Notes: generated from the letters alone by a model not told the origin. Shown: positions 25,751-39,116, counted from the first letter of the whole stretch. The stretch: 63,718 nucleotides of DNA, filler included, from Octopus bimaculoides (GCF_001194135.2; 6 parts of 6 records of this genome joined end to end with filler, not necessarily neighbours in it), one strand, 5' to 3'. Numbers and translations are program-made.

Positions 25751-26548
25751 TTTTTTTTGTTTCCTATAATAAACTTTTATTGGAATATAAGTATGTATAT
25801 GATACATCTATAACATAAAACCATATTAAAAATGCAAATCCAAAACCGGGAGCAAGAAAAATAGAAAAAGAGGAATAAAGAAAGAGAAAGAAAAAAATAA
25901 AGAAAATAAAAGAAAATAAAAAAAAGGGAAAAAACACAATTCAGCACCAAGTGCCTCAATTGGTCGCGTACCGCAAGGTTCAGCGGAACCGACTGGATGG
26001 AGCAAGCCAACACGCTCGCGACATTACCATGGGCGACGGCGAGGGATGTCCTGGAGCAGTGGAATAGCCAACCACCCTCACGGGCATCACCTGACTGCTC
26101 GGTTAGGCGAGCCGCCAACAACGACAGGAACGTCGCCGTTAGCGGATCAACCCCATCCAAACATCGCAAATGCCATAAGCTGGAAGAAATGGTTCACTGA
26201 TAGGTCTCGATACTTAAGGATTTTGTTCCGTTCGGCTACGGAAGCAGTGACCCTTCCGTTTACCGCAGCATCCAGGATGTGGGAGGGAGCAAAGGGGTCA
26301 CAGACTGTGACGTCCTAGATGAAGCACTTACCTCTTACCCAGAGACAAAGGGTAAGACCATCTACTCTTTTTCTATCACTACTGGATAATCCCGCCGGCT
26401 CCAGAACTGAGGGGATATTAACCCGAGCAAGGGCCCGCTTAATGATTAAGTTTAGCTGGGTGTGACGAGTGAAACGATCAGCATTTAGGAGGCAAGACAG
26501 ACTGTGAAGACCTATGGAGTCGAGGAGCCTGCTACAACGACATCTCAG
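25751..26548 (-). mobile_element. CRE-like RLE non-LTR retrotransposon, copy 2, with complete 3' end and poly(A)
   Basis: CRCSRLLDSIGLHSLSC, RHTQLN, KRVDG, AERNKILKY and REGGWLF...SLAVAHGNVASVL; T-rich 3' UTR, AATAAA near 25777-25782 and an A-tail at ~25750-25762. Confidence 0.8.
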
Positions 26549-26627
26549 TTCCTCACAGACGTCGGTTGTGTGTGTGTGTAACGTAAAGAATAGGGATTTG
26601 GAATTCCGAGCAGGTACTGTGAAGACA

Positions 26628-27146
26628 GGAATCTCGCAGTTAGTGGTCCGACCCCACCAAAAGTCTCGAACGCCACAGGATGGAAAATGTAGTTGGCCGA
26701 TAGATCGCGGTATTTCAGGATTTTGTTCCGCTCGGCTGCAGAAGCTATGGATCTCGCCCTGACTGCAGTGTCCAGGATGTGAGAAGAAACAAAGGAGTCT
26801 CTAACTGTGACATACCAGACAAGGTCTCTGCCTTGCGACCAGGGGCACAGGGTGAGGCCGTCAGGTCTCTTCCCATCACATCGGGACAATCCAGATGGTT
26901 CCAAAATGAAGGGGATGCTTACCTGGGCCAAGCTCTTCTTGAGTGTCAGGTTCAACTCCGTATGACGCGCGAAGTGACCAGCATTCAGGCGGCAAGAAAA
27001 GCCATGGAGGCCTGTGGAGTCGAGGAGCCTTCCGCGACAGATTAAACCCGTGAATACGTCAGCTCCCACTCTGAAGGCAATGGAGACACGGAGTTCGTCT
27101 ATGCTGAGTAGGCCACCAACATTGCCTGAGTATTTGGCGCTAGCAG
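26628..27146 (-). mobile_element. CRE-like RLE non-LTR retrotransposon C-terminus, copy 1 (open frame, runs into gap)
   Basis: GLHGFSC, RHTELN, EPSGLSRCDGKRPDGLTLCPW, AERNKILKY and PVAFETFGG. Confidence 0.8.
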
Positions 27147-28007
27147 NNNNNNNNNNNNNNNNNNNNNNNNNNNNNNNNNNNNNNNNNNNNNNNNNNNNNN
27201 NNNNNNNNNNNNNNNNNNNNNNNNNNNNNNNNNNNNNNNNNNNNNNNNNNNNNNNNNNNNNNNNNNNNNNNNNNNNNNNNNNNNNNNNNNNNNNNNNNNN
27301 NNNNNNNNNNNNNNNNNNNNNNNNNNNNNNNNNNNNNNNNNNNNNNNNNNNNNNNNNNNNNNNNNNNNNNNNNNNNNNNNNNNNNNNNNNNNNNNNNNNN
27401 NNNNNNNNNNNNNNNNNNNNNNNNNNNNNNNNNNNNNNNNNNNNNNNNNNNNNNNNNNNNNNNNNNNNNNNNNNNNNNNNNNNNNNNNNNNNNNNNNNNN
27501 NNNNNNNNNNNNNNNNNNNNNNNNNNNNNNNNNNNNNNNNNNNNNNNNNNNNNNNNNNNNNNNNNNNNNNNNNNNNNNNNNNNNNNNNNNNNNNNNNNNN
27601 NNNNNNNNNNNNNNNNNNNNNNNNNNNNNNNNNNNNNNNNNNNNNNNNNNNNNNNNNNNNNNNNNNNNNNNNNNNNNNNNNNNNNNNNNNNNNNNNNNNN
27701 NNNNNNNNNNNNNNNNNNNNNNNNNNNNNNNNNNNNNNNNNNNNNNNNNNNNNNNNNNNNNNNNNNNNNNNNNNNNNNNNNNNNNNNNNNNNNNNNNNNN
27801 NNNNNNNNNNNNNNNNNNNNNNNNNNNNNNNNNNNNNNNNNNNNNNNNNNNNNNNNNNNNNNNNNNNNNNNNNNNNNNNNNNNNNNNNNNNNNNNNNNNN
27901 NNNNNNNNNNNNNNNNNNNNNNNNNNNNNNNNNNNNNNNNNNNNNNNNNNNNNNNNNNNNNNNNNNNNNNNNNNNNNNNNNNNNNNNNNNNNNNNNNNNN
28001 NNNNNNN

Positions 28008-28518
28008 TTCTGACTGCCTCCTTCACTTTAACTTTATCCTTCAAAATAGTAGAGATGGTAGAATGTGCCAGGCCCGTATCGTCTGTGATAGCTCTCACCT
28101 TTTTCCCGCCTTCGTAGTCTGTAATGATTTTCATTTTCGTGTCAAAATCAATAGCTCTCCGTTGTTTCTTGGCGCTTCCTGCTGCAGGTGAATACGTATT
28201 CTTCCTCTTTGGAGGCATCTTGTAGTATGGGGTGCAAGAGATAATGGAAAAAAGAAACGAAATAGTAATATAGGTACAGAGAGCGTCACTGTGTTGCCTG
28301 GCTGACCACAGGCGGGAGAGTGAGAGAGCGAGCATGTCGGAGGGTGAGGCTGGGTGCTCGGGATGCGCTGCCGTCACGACGGCATATCTCGTACAACGCA
28401 CAATACAACAGTCACAGTTTTTAAGTTTTTATATTTTGTAAAGTATGTAATGACGTCTCGTAAAGTTCGTCGTAACTCCGAATGGTCGTTAAATAGATCG
28501 GTCGTTAAATGAGAACAG

Positions 28519-28520
<2 letters not shown>
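28008..28520 (-). mobile_element. Tigger/pogo transposon 5' end with CENP-B-type HTH ORF start (ATG 28218), truncated by gap
   Basis: MPPKRK...KKQRRAIDFDTKMKIITDYEGGKKVRAI...LAHSTISTILKDK. A TIR-like AGACTGTTCTCATTTAACGACC with a repeated TTTAACGACC lies near 28490-28520. Confidence 0.8.
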
Positions 28521-28564
<44 letters not shown>

Positions 28565-28841
28565 ATACAAATAATATATGAGAAAATGCATGTATACGTA
28601 CATGTATGTACATACCTACATCTACATGTATATATATAGATGCGTATCTGGGTACAGGACGTTGCAAAAAAAACGTGGACAAAATGATAAACAGAGTACA
28701 GAAAACACACAGGCTACATAGAGAACATTTCCTTCATCAGCTGCCACCATTCTAAAACTAAGCGTTTCGAAGAGTTAGGGCAGGACGCATCGTTAGAATG
28801 GCTCTTCCCACGGACCACAAATTAAATTTGTACCATGATAC

Positions 28842-28896
<55 letters not shown>

Positions 28897-29211
28897 CGTA
28901 TATATTATATATATATATATATACGTATATATTATATATATATACGTATGTATGTATGTGGGATGTGGGAGTGGATGCGTGTATGTATATACACATACAT
29001 GAGCGCACGTGCACATATATGTATACATACATATTCAAATACTTGTTCATAGAAGTTTGTGGTCTAGTGGTTGAGCTCATAATCATAAAGCTGTGGGTTC
29101 GATTCCCGAGGCAGACAGTGCGTTACGTCCTGGAGTAGGTCATTTTATTTTCTTTTGTCTCAGACTACTCAGTTGAAAAGTAGCCTTTTATTTTCTCCAG
29201 TTGTCACGTAT

Positions 29212-29253
<42 letters not shown>

Positions 29254-30459
29254 AAAACAATCCGAGCGCAACTAATATCATTCAGTTACTTTTTTCCTAA
29301 CCCGTTGACGTGTACATTTGACTAAAAAATCTGACTGCACAAAAACTCTGTTTGTATATGTTAACATTGTTTATCTTACATGTCACAAACACACACACAC
29401 ACGCGCCACACGCACACATACATACACGCACACATACATACACGCACATATACACACGCACATACACATACACACATACATCCTTTAATTCTATTCTTCA
29501 GTGATTACTTCAATTACCTAAAATAACACGAAAACATTCTATAAAATCTAACGTCGTACTTTGCGTCACAAACTGATGACTTACTTCAAGGTTCGATAAT
29601 TTCACAGAGTTTGTTATTACGCTCAATATTAGTCTATGTTTAAACAGTTTCTGTGATCAGAGATGCATTAACTGAGGAATTACTCTCTGTCTAGTAACAA
29701 TTGTACGGTAAATAAAAGGCTGCAGCTGTAGACATGAACAGAAGATAATATTGTTTGCTATGTGGACTGTAATAGGAGATTGCAGATGAAGACGCCAGTG
29801 GATGATGAAATTGTCTGTCCTGTGGAAGACAAGCGAGCTAACGAGGCAGCCTCTATGTGATAGTTTATCCTGCTAAATATAGCAACCTAGAAGCGTCATC
29901 TTGATCAAACCATACCTTTATGGTATTTAAAAAAGTAAGTACACATTTAATAATGCAGTCGTTGTCGTCATCATCATCATCATCGTCATCAGTAGCGGCA
30001 GCATCGTTTTAACATCCAATTCTCCATGCTAGCATGGATCGCACAGAATTTGTTGAGGCAGATTTTCGACAGCCGGATGCCCGGCCTGTCGCCAACCCTC
30101 CTCTGTTTCCAGTTAAAGTAATATTTCTTCATTCTAACGACGTTTCTTTCTTTTAACGAAAGAGTGGAAACGAAGGACGGTGACACTCGTTTACAACTAT
30201 CTCACGATATCAACACAAGAAGACACTAACACATACACACATCATGGACTCTCCTGCCATAGCTCACTTCCTCTACCAGATCGACATTACCTGTACAAGA
30301 ACATGACCTGCCACATGTCAGACGACGAAATGATCGCAGAGCAACGTGAAATGAAGTGTTTTGTTGAAGAACAAAATGCAACGCCCGGTCTGGAATCGAA
30401 ACTACGATCTCGCAATCATGAGTGCAACACCCTAAGCATTGAGCCATGCGCCTTCACCA

Positions 30460-30906
30460 GTGTGTGCGTAATTTCAAGCACTCTTTCTGAAATCTATTTG
30501 AACAAAAGCAAAGGTTAAACAATTATATCATTTTTCGGCATACTCTCCTTACTTTACTATGCGCTTCTTCCAGTGGCCCACAAGCTTGCTTATTCGCAGG
30601 TTTTCGGTTAGTCGCATAGCTCTATGCACCACTCTTGCACTTCTTCGCTCGCAGCAAATCGATGACTTCGTGAAGGCTGTTTAAGTAGGCGAAAGAGGTT
30701 ATAGTCGGAAGGGATGAGATCTAGTCTATATGCAGGATGTTTCAGGCGTAGGAGTGGCTGTGTGGTAAGTAGCTTGCTTACGAACCACATGGTTCCGGGT
30801 TCAGTCCCACTGCGTGGCACCTTGGGCAAGTGTCTTCTACTATAGCCTCGGGCCGACCAAAGCCTTGTGAGTGGATTTGGTAGACGGAAACTGAAAGAAA
30901 CCCGTC

Positions 30907-30992
<86 letters not shown>

Positions 30993-31335
30993 ATATATGT
31001 ATGTGCGTGTGTATGTTTGTGCGTCTGTGTTCCCCCCCACAACATCGCTTGACAACCGATGCTGATGTGTTTAGGTCCCCGTAACTTAGCGGTTCGGCAA
31101 AAGAGACCGATAAAATAAGTACTAGGCTTACAAAGAATGCGTCCTGGGGTTGATTTGCTCGACTAAAGGCGGTGCTCTTGTATGGCCACAGTCAAATGAC
31201 TGAAACAAGTAAGAGTAAAAGAGAGTAACTCGAAACCCAATTTTTCAATGGTGTCAATGGTGGGCAGCCGTACGTGGGAGTGTATTATCGTGCAACAATG
31301 ACATTTCCTTTGACAACAGACCTCGGCATTTGATG
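30460..31335 (-). mobile_element. Mariner (DD34D) transposase remnant split by a SINE
   Basis: LLHDNTLP...KLGFELL (31330-31225) continues after the SINE as KHPAYRLDLIPSDYNLFRLLK...EEVQEW...KLVGHWKK..GEYAEK* (30742-30530). Confidence 0.75.
30744..31222 (+). mobile_element. tRNA-derived SINE family A (young, full-length, internal microsatellite)
   Basis: Head with A-box TGGCTGTGTGG and B-box GGTTCAGTCC; conserved core gtggatttggtagacggaaactgaaagaa; internal (TA)n/(TATG)n; tail gactgaaacaagtaaaaga. More than 8 copies in the window. Confidence 0.85.
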
Positions 31336-31670
31336 CGAATTGCTAGTTTACATACATGCATACATGCATACATACATACATACAATAGATATATAGCCAT
31401 AGGGTGCTACAAGGGCAGAATAAATGTGGCAATAGACAAAATGCCTTGCAATAACTGTTCCGGTTCTTTGTTTTCTGAGTTCAAATCCCGCCGCGTTCAA
31501 CTTTCATGTCTCAGTATTTCACTGGAGCCTACGCAAATGACTGTAGACCCTTTTCCAAGTAATGTATAAGACTCTTCCAGTATAGGCCCCTTTGTGTCCC
31601 TAAAGTTAGTATCACTTCTGCTCCATACTCTGCTTTTGGATTCTGGATCAAAGCTATTATCTCCTATCAC

Positions 31671-31705
<35 letters not shown>

Positions 31706-31806
31706 NNNNNNNNNNNNNNNNNNNNNNNNNNNNNNNNNNNNNNNNNNNNTTAATTAATTAANNNNNNNNNNNNNNNNNNNNNNNNNNNNNNNNNNNNNNN
31801 NNNNNC

Positions 31807-31881
<75 letters not shown>

Positions 31882-34800
31882 CATATTTTACTGGGGGCTA
31901 CACAACAAACAAGAGTCTCTAGAAACAGTAGCTAAATTTCCCTCAAATGGTAAGAAAAAAAGGAAGGACATATTCAATAATGCAGTTCAAGATATATCAC
32001 TATTCCTGAACACAAGAGGGTTGGTCAAGGCTGGGAAGCCTTTGCTCATAGGTCTACTTGATTAGGGATGACTTGGGATTAAACAATTTAGATTACTATT
32101 TTTACTGGATGGTCACAACTGGAATGTCTATGAACTTAGGTCTACTGCCATTCAGATCTGACAATAACAAACAAGATTTTTAATTTTTACTGGATGGTCA
32201 TGGTTGTAATGCCTTTGATTTTAGCTCTATCATTAAGACATAGCCAGAGTCTTACATGACAGCTACTGGATTCCTACAAGCTTGGATGGAGACTTTTGAT
32301 TATCTGATTCTAGCATAAACAATTCCACTCTGGTAAAATATGTACTTGGAACAGATATTGTAAACAAAATCTCTCAGCTTGCAGTGCCAATTCTAGCATT
32401 AAATCACATTTGTAGCTTTTGTGAGATAACAATAAGACTCAAAGCTCATTGAATGTGAAGTGTCAAACAATATTCTAGGAACAATTAAAATATTTATGTC
32501 ATTCAAAAACTTAATAGAGAAAATGTAGATTTGTTTCAATGCTGATTCAGAGATATTAAATGTATATAGCTAAACCAATTGAGTTAGTGAATATAATAGA
32601 TATAATTAAGCCAAGAGATTTTATATTACTGGGTAAGATTTGGGAATTTTCATGTAAGAGTGTTATTATGTAGAGATTTTGCCAAATAGCTTTCACTTAA
32701 AAAAAGAAGGAAAAGAAAATTTACATTGAAATCAATTCTGTTTCTTCTTACCTCACTTTGACAGTCTCACACACACACACATAAACAAGCTACTTTATAT
32801 GGTTGCTCAGCCTGCAAGAAATAATAGCTAAATCTCCTTAAAATCACACACCCTACCATCTTGAAATATCGATAGATTGGATAATGTAGTCCTAGATATA
32901 ATATTTGTTTGTTGCGTGCACTTGAAAGTCGTCTTGTGCTCTACCAGTTAATAAGCTGACATTGAGGATGAGCAGCTGAAATAGTTGAATGTACTTGCTT
33001 AAAGAACTTCAAAAGCCTATCACCATTTTTTTTTTTTTTTTTACCAGATCTCAAAGGACCTTGGTTTTTGGTCCTTCCTATCCTTCAGTAACTGGAAGAG
33101 GGATTATATTTCAGGAAATGTTAAAAATTGGGGTTTTTTTTTGGCATATTCATAATCTCCTAAAACGTAGGAATCTAAATAAAAATTTTTTTTTTTAAAT
33201 GCATTTTTCGAGGAGAGGTGCAAAACTGCATTAGCCCTGAATATTCAAGTCATTGATAGTGATCAGAAGATAGCTGTCTGTAAAAATCTGTTCTAACACA
33301 TAAAAATACCTAAATTTACAGATCTATCTAACTCTAACAACGTAAATAACTTGTTATTAATTATGGGCTGGACTTATTTTTACATATGTTTACATATACC
33401 TAAACCATATTTGTCAGTGAACAAGACTCACTTTCATATAAGATGCACACCTACTTTACAAGGATATATTTTTAAAAGAAAAAAAAAATTTACACTTAGT
33501 ATCCTTTCCATAATATGGTCGCATTAGATGCATGGTAATTTTTTATTGCTTTTAAGAATGAAAGAGAGTCTTGTAGACTGGCATATACAGCATTCTGCTA
33601 CATTTCATCTGCTGTCCTCAGTCATCAGTAATCTAAATACCTTACATTAAATGTTCCTTGGTCTAACACACTCCCATAAACCAGCCAGGTTTAGAGCCTC
33701 TACATGGCCACTTGACTTGCAAGATATAACAACTAAATGTCCCTCAAATCCACCCTACAACCATAAAAGAACATTGGATAATGTAGTACTCAACAATACG
33801 CTATATCTGAAAATAAGACAGACTGGTTATGGCTGTAATATTTTTGAGCAATGGATCATTCAGCTTGATAAGAACCAGCCTAGGGCTAATGAACAATAAC
33901 CACTCCATACAGATTTTATTATCTCAGAGAAGCAATTCCTCCATTGCTACAATCAAAACATACCAACTGAAAATCTTACATATCCATACCAGTTAGATAC
34001 ACACACACAGGGGAAGGGGAAAAGAGAATTGGTAACAGAAAATGCTGCAAACATATCTCAGTCAAACCAGCATGAAAAATTGAATTTAAAATCAATTATG
34101 TATCTGCACTTATATAACCATACAATACACATATATGTGCAGAAACAGATATTGTCATATATATATATAATGCTAATGTACAGATACACATACACACACA
34201 TACACACAAGTATATAATCTTTCATGCACATGTTTGAAATCACTTCACCCATATATAAATATAGATCTGTATATAGATACACATTGCATCTTTTCATATT
34301 CCAATTCATTTATGCACACACACACTCATATTTGTCCATGCAATTTAAACTTTAAACTAAAGGACAAATGACAGATATTTAGAATACTATGGGTATTTCT
34401 GTTCATATTGTAAATATCCCCTTTGTAGTGAAATCGAAGTTTGAGTGTTACACACAGTACACGTAGAAAACAAAACAAAGCACAAAACTGCTTATGCAAT
34501 ATTTAGTAACAACATCTTACATATATTTCATTAACATAAGGTAATTATTAGTTATATAATGCAAATTACATAACCAAGACTTATTGCCAAATCATCAGAG
34601 ATGTGTAGCATCATTGTATTGAAAGGTGACAGAATTCACCAATGTGAATATGGTTAGTAAGTAGAGTAGAAGTGCTAGTAGGCAGACATTACTTTGGTGT
34701 CAGATGGCAGAAAATAACAGAACAGGAGGGCGCAGCAAACAGGAGGAACAAAGTTATCAGAATGACTCTGAAATAGATGTCTGGTCATTTTCTAACAGGC

Positions 34801-37800
34801 CATTTTATTTTTTCTTCTTATCAGTTGTTTTTCTTTCACTTTCATTAAACCTAGACTGTCATAAAACTTGGTGAAAGGTGATATGTTTGACTGTATATCA
34901 TAGATATATTTTTGCACAAGTAAACATACACTCATTATATGTATATATACACACACACACACAGATGCAATTACATATATATATATTCAAATACCTTCCT
35001 TCACCAAAAGCCAACCACATGAGAATAGCCATTGCAAAAGTGATAATGCTGGCAGTGCCCCAGCATGGCCACAGCCTTTGGGCTGAAATGCATAAAAGAA
35101 TATATGTTTGCGTGTACACACACATATATTACACACACACTTTCTTAAAGTGCCATGCAGTGGAACTGAACCTCAGACCACAGCACATAATGCCTCACAC
35201 TGACAGAACCACCTTGAAAAGTGGTGGTCGGTAGGTTCAGCAGAATATTATATGGCTGAATGGTTAAGTTTTCTTCGCAGTCATGAGGGTCCATTTTCAA
35301 TCCCACTCTCCAACATCTGATCAGCTGTCTTTAACCATGGCCTCAGGACGACCTAAGCTTTAAGTAAAATTGGAGAGATAGACATTGTGTCGAAGCCCAT
35401 CAGATGCAGCTAAAATTTAAAGGTCTAGCTTTGTCACATCAAGTCAGGCTATTTCTGCCTGAGAATTACATTAAGGGAACATGTGCTTGTGGGATATTCA
35501 GCCACTTACATGTTAATTCAATGAGTAGATAACCCAGCTGATCAAACAACTGACTAGTCACCAGTGAAACTGACAAAGATCCATTAGATACGTAAATCTT
35601 TATATTTTTTATTTGTTTCAGTCACTGAACTGCAGCCAGCTGGGGTACCATCTTGAAGGGAAGGGTTTAGTCAAGCAAATTGACATATTTCTTAAGCCTG
35701 TACTTATTCTATCAAGCTTTTTTACCTAACTGCTAAGTTGCAAGGATGTAAACAAACCAACACCAGTTGTCAAATGGTGATGGGTAACAAATACATACAC
35801 ATGCTTTCAGTTTCTGTCTACCAAATCTACTCACAAGGATTTGATCAGTCCAAGGCTATAGAAGAAGATACTTGCCCAAGGTGCCACAGAGTGGGACAGA
35901 ACCCAGAACCACACACACATTTGCATAAATACATATATACACACAAACATATTTGAGACAGCACATGCATGAGGACTTATCTGTTAGGCAAGCATCAACT
36001 ACTGTCCTCTTGAGTGTCATCTTCATACATCTCTGATATAACTTTTGAGCCTTTGGGCAAGTATCATCACACCTTTTTATTGACTGAATAGGAAACGTGA
36101 TTATTGGAAAAGCGAGAAGCATGCAGAAAGAGGAATGAAGGTAAAAGGAGAGGTGAAGAGAGAGGAGGAGAAGAAGGGAAAGACTTCAGCTTGAGTCTTT
36201 TTTGGCTGCTTATCATTATCTTGATGCTTATGTTAATGACTAAATGATATCCGAAACATACACACTCACACAAACTCACACTGTGAAAATACTGCATAAA
36301 TCAGAGCTTTGATAAATCTCTACCATCTGGAATACTGATATCATTGCCATGGTAATAAGCTGTGCATTTGATAAATTCATGAACCATGTTTAAATCGTCA
36401 TCATCATCATCATCATTGCTCTTACATCCTTTTTTTTTTCTCCCTCTTCTACATGGATTAGAGTGAGTTTGTGATGCAGCAATTCACTACACATCTCAAT
36501 ACAAACACATGGAGCACTAATATACCTTGACGATGTACAAAGGACCTGCTATGTGCTCAATTTGCTAAAAATAGCAATCAAATCTTTCTCAAACCACACC
36601 CTACCATCTTAAACATGGAAAGACACATTAAATTATGTAGTCCTATATACACTATGTCTGAAAAATATTTGATGGTCATGACCAGAATACTTTTTATCAT
36701 AGGTCTGCTCAGTTAGGCCTGGGCTGGGAATAAGCAATACGTCCTGTTGATATATTTAATGGTAAATTCTAGCTACTTAAACATGTGGGATCTGTACCTT
36801 CTCTTGGGATTCCATGGTGAACCCCATATATATAACTGCTAAAACTGAATCACAAAAGACAAGAATTCTTGTTTAGAACCAGCAAACACTTTACCTCTAA
36901 TCAGTTGGGTCACTTACTACAAAACTCAAGTAAAACTCACACCAGAGTACTTCTCACATCTTCAGAACATTTTCATTGCTGCTACACACACAAACATCCA
37001 AGCCCACAAGCAAAAGTAGCCATCAACTGATCAGCAACAATCAACCCATGTCCTTCCTTCTCCCTGCTTCTTCAAATTGCACCACTGAACTAGCAAATTG
37101 CATACCCTCTCCACTGGAAATATATTTACTGTGTCTCTTCTTCCTAACCTCATACTAAACACTTTACTAATCCTTCTTCCCCAGAACACCTTTATTGTTC
37201 TAGTTTTGCCTCCAGACATCAACCTACAGAGATGTTCTCACAAATATTGGACAAGCTGCAAATGTTATGGGCACTGCCCCACCTTTTCTGACTATCTCTT
37301 CTCTCCTCTTTTTTACATGGTACCGGTACAAGTGCTTTTTTTCATGGCAGCAGTACAGGACTCTTGCATGACAAGTCACTCATCTACAATTAACTCACTC
37401 TGGACAAATATTTACTTGAACATAAGATTGAAATTTTAAGCAGTTTTTTTCAGGTTCTTTAGTGCTAAGATAGGAAACAGTATACCACACTTTAGATAGT
37501 GTACTTATCTATCAAAAGTTATATTTTCTATAGACTGCACCAGCAGAGACTAAAAAGTCCCTTTTTCAATTTACTTGATCTGCTGGTATATATTCTAATG
37601 ATTCCAACAAGATAAAAAGCAAAACTGACAAGAGAATATGAACATCGGAACCACAGCTACAAACTTGTTAATGACAAAAATCAATTATAATACCCTTATG
37701 TCTGAACCAAACTCTCTAATTAAAATAGCCACACTGTGATATCAGCATATCTAAGAAAAAAACTGTTGTTGTCGTTTAACACCAAATAAGTCCTGTTTGA

Positions 37801-38675
37801 GCAAACCTCAGATCAAAAGGTATTTCAAACATAACCAGCCCATATAACTAAAAAATTATCTCCTGTATCCTTCCCTTTTTATAAGGATATGAAAAAGATT
37901 TGGTTGCCTTTTTTTCTAGCAGGTTAAGAAACCGCATATAGGTATTTTTGTCAGTTTGTGTCTGAGAAAAATTTGTTGCATTGGAATTATTTCCAATTAC
38001 ATCATCATCCTCATCCTTTAATGTCCATTTTCCATGCTGGCACCTTCTCTGGAAAGTATGGAACTTAACATTTCTAAGAGTTGGTTAAATGGAATTTAAA
38101 ATGTTTGTGTTTTCCCAACCTGATTCAGCTAGGGGGTTGAACATTACATTATTAAGGAAGCCAACAGGGAGAAAGTAGAACAGATTGCACAAGTAGCTCA
38201 CATAAAACTTCTCCCCCACTGCCTTGCACTAATTACAAATATAAACAAATAGGCAAATCAGCTAAGAACTTCCTACAAAGTATCCTAACCAGTTCAAAAT
38301 GACAGCAAAAATTCCCTCATATTTCTCTCTTAAAAAAAAAAGAATTCATTGAATAATGTAGCCCAAGGTACACCGTATCCAAACAAGACAATACAGTCAC
38401 TGTGGGAATACTTCTGGTTAAGCCTGCTTGATCAGGGCAAACCTGGTACTAAACAACAACCATAGACAAATACATTTATGTACAAATATACACACATTAT
38501 ATATACATACATATGTATATACATACATCTACACACACACACACACACACACATGACTATACATGCAAATGTACATACAAATATGAATATACATGTATAG
38601 TAATAAAGACACACCTACATATATATATGTATACACCATTATGTACATGGAAGTGTGTGTGTGTGTGTGTGTGTG

Positions 38676-38733
<58 letters not shown>

Positions 38734-38987
38734 TGTGATGTATGTATCGGATGAATTTGCATGTGACTTCCACTCCAGCCAGAGACTGGTGGAGATAAGT
38801 GCAAACGGTTTCATAATATAATAGATGCATTTGAAAACAAATACAACTACACACCCATATAAGTGTACATAATTATGTCATACACAAATATTTATTTATA
38901 TATATATCCACCTCCCTCTCTTTTGTGTGCAGTATTTTATGTGTGTGTGTGCTCAATACACACACATACATATATACACAATGATAT

Positions 38988-39116
38988 AAATATATACATC
39001 TCTCTATATGAATTTTTGTAGGCTTATGTGCACATATATATACACACACACCAAAATATATACATCTCTCTATATGTATTTTTGTAGGATTATGTGCACA
39101 TATATATACACACACG
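38988..39116. repeat. Two-copy ~66-bp minisatellite
   Basis: aaatatatacatctctctatatg.atttttgtagg.ttatgtgcacatatatatacacacac, twice. Confidence 0.85.

Noticed and set aside
26545-28401. 618-aa ORF appearing to fuse a CENP-B/Tigger HTH to a CRE endonuclease
   Set aside because: The two halves are separated by 861 Ns of estimated length, so being in frame is an artefact. They are best read as two unrelated elements unless gap closure shows continuity.
34704-34880. Short ATG-initiated frame MAENNRTGGRSKQEEQ and other AG/GT-bounded mini-frames (33047, 37533, 44810, 45467, 54510)
   Set aside because: No recognisable motif or phase-consistent chain; expected by chance in AT-rich DNA.
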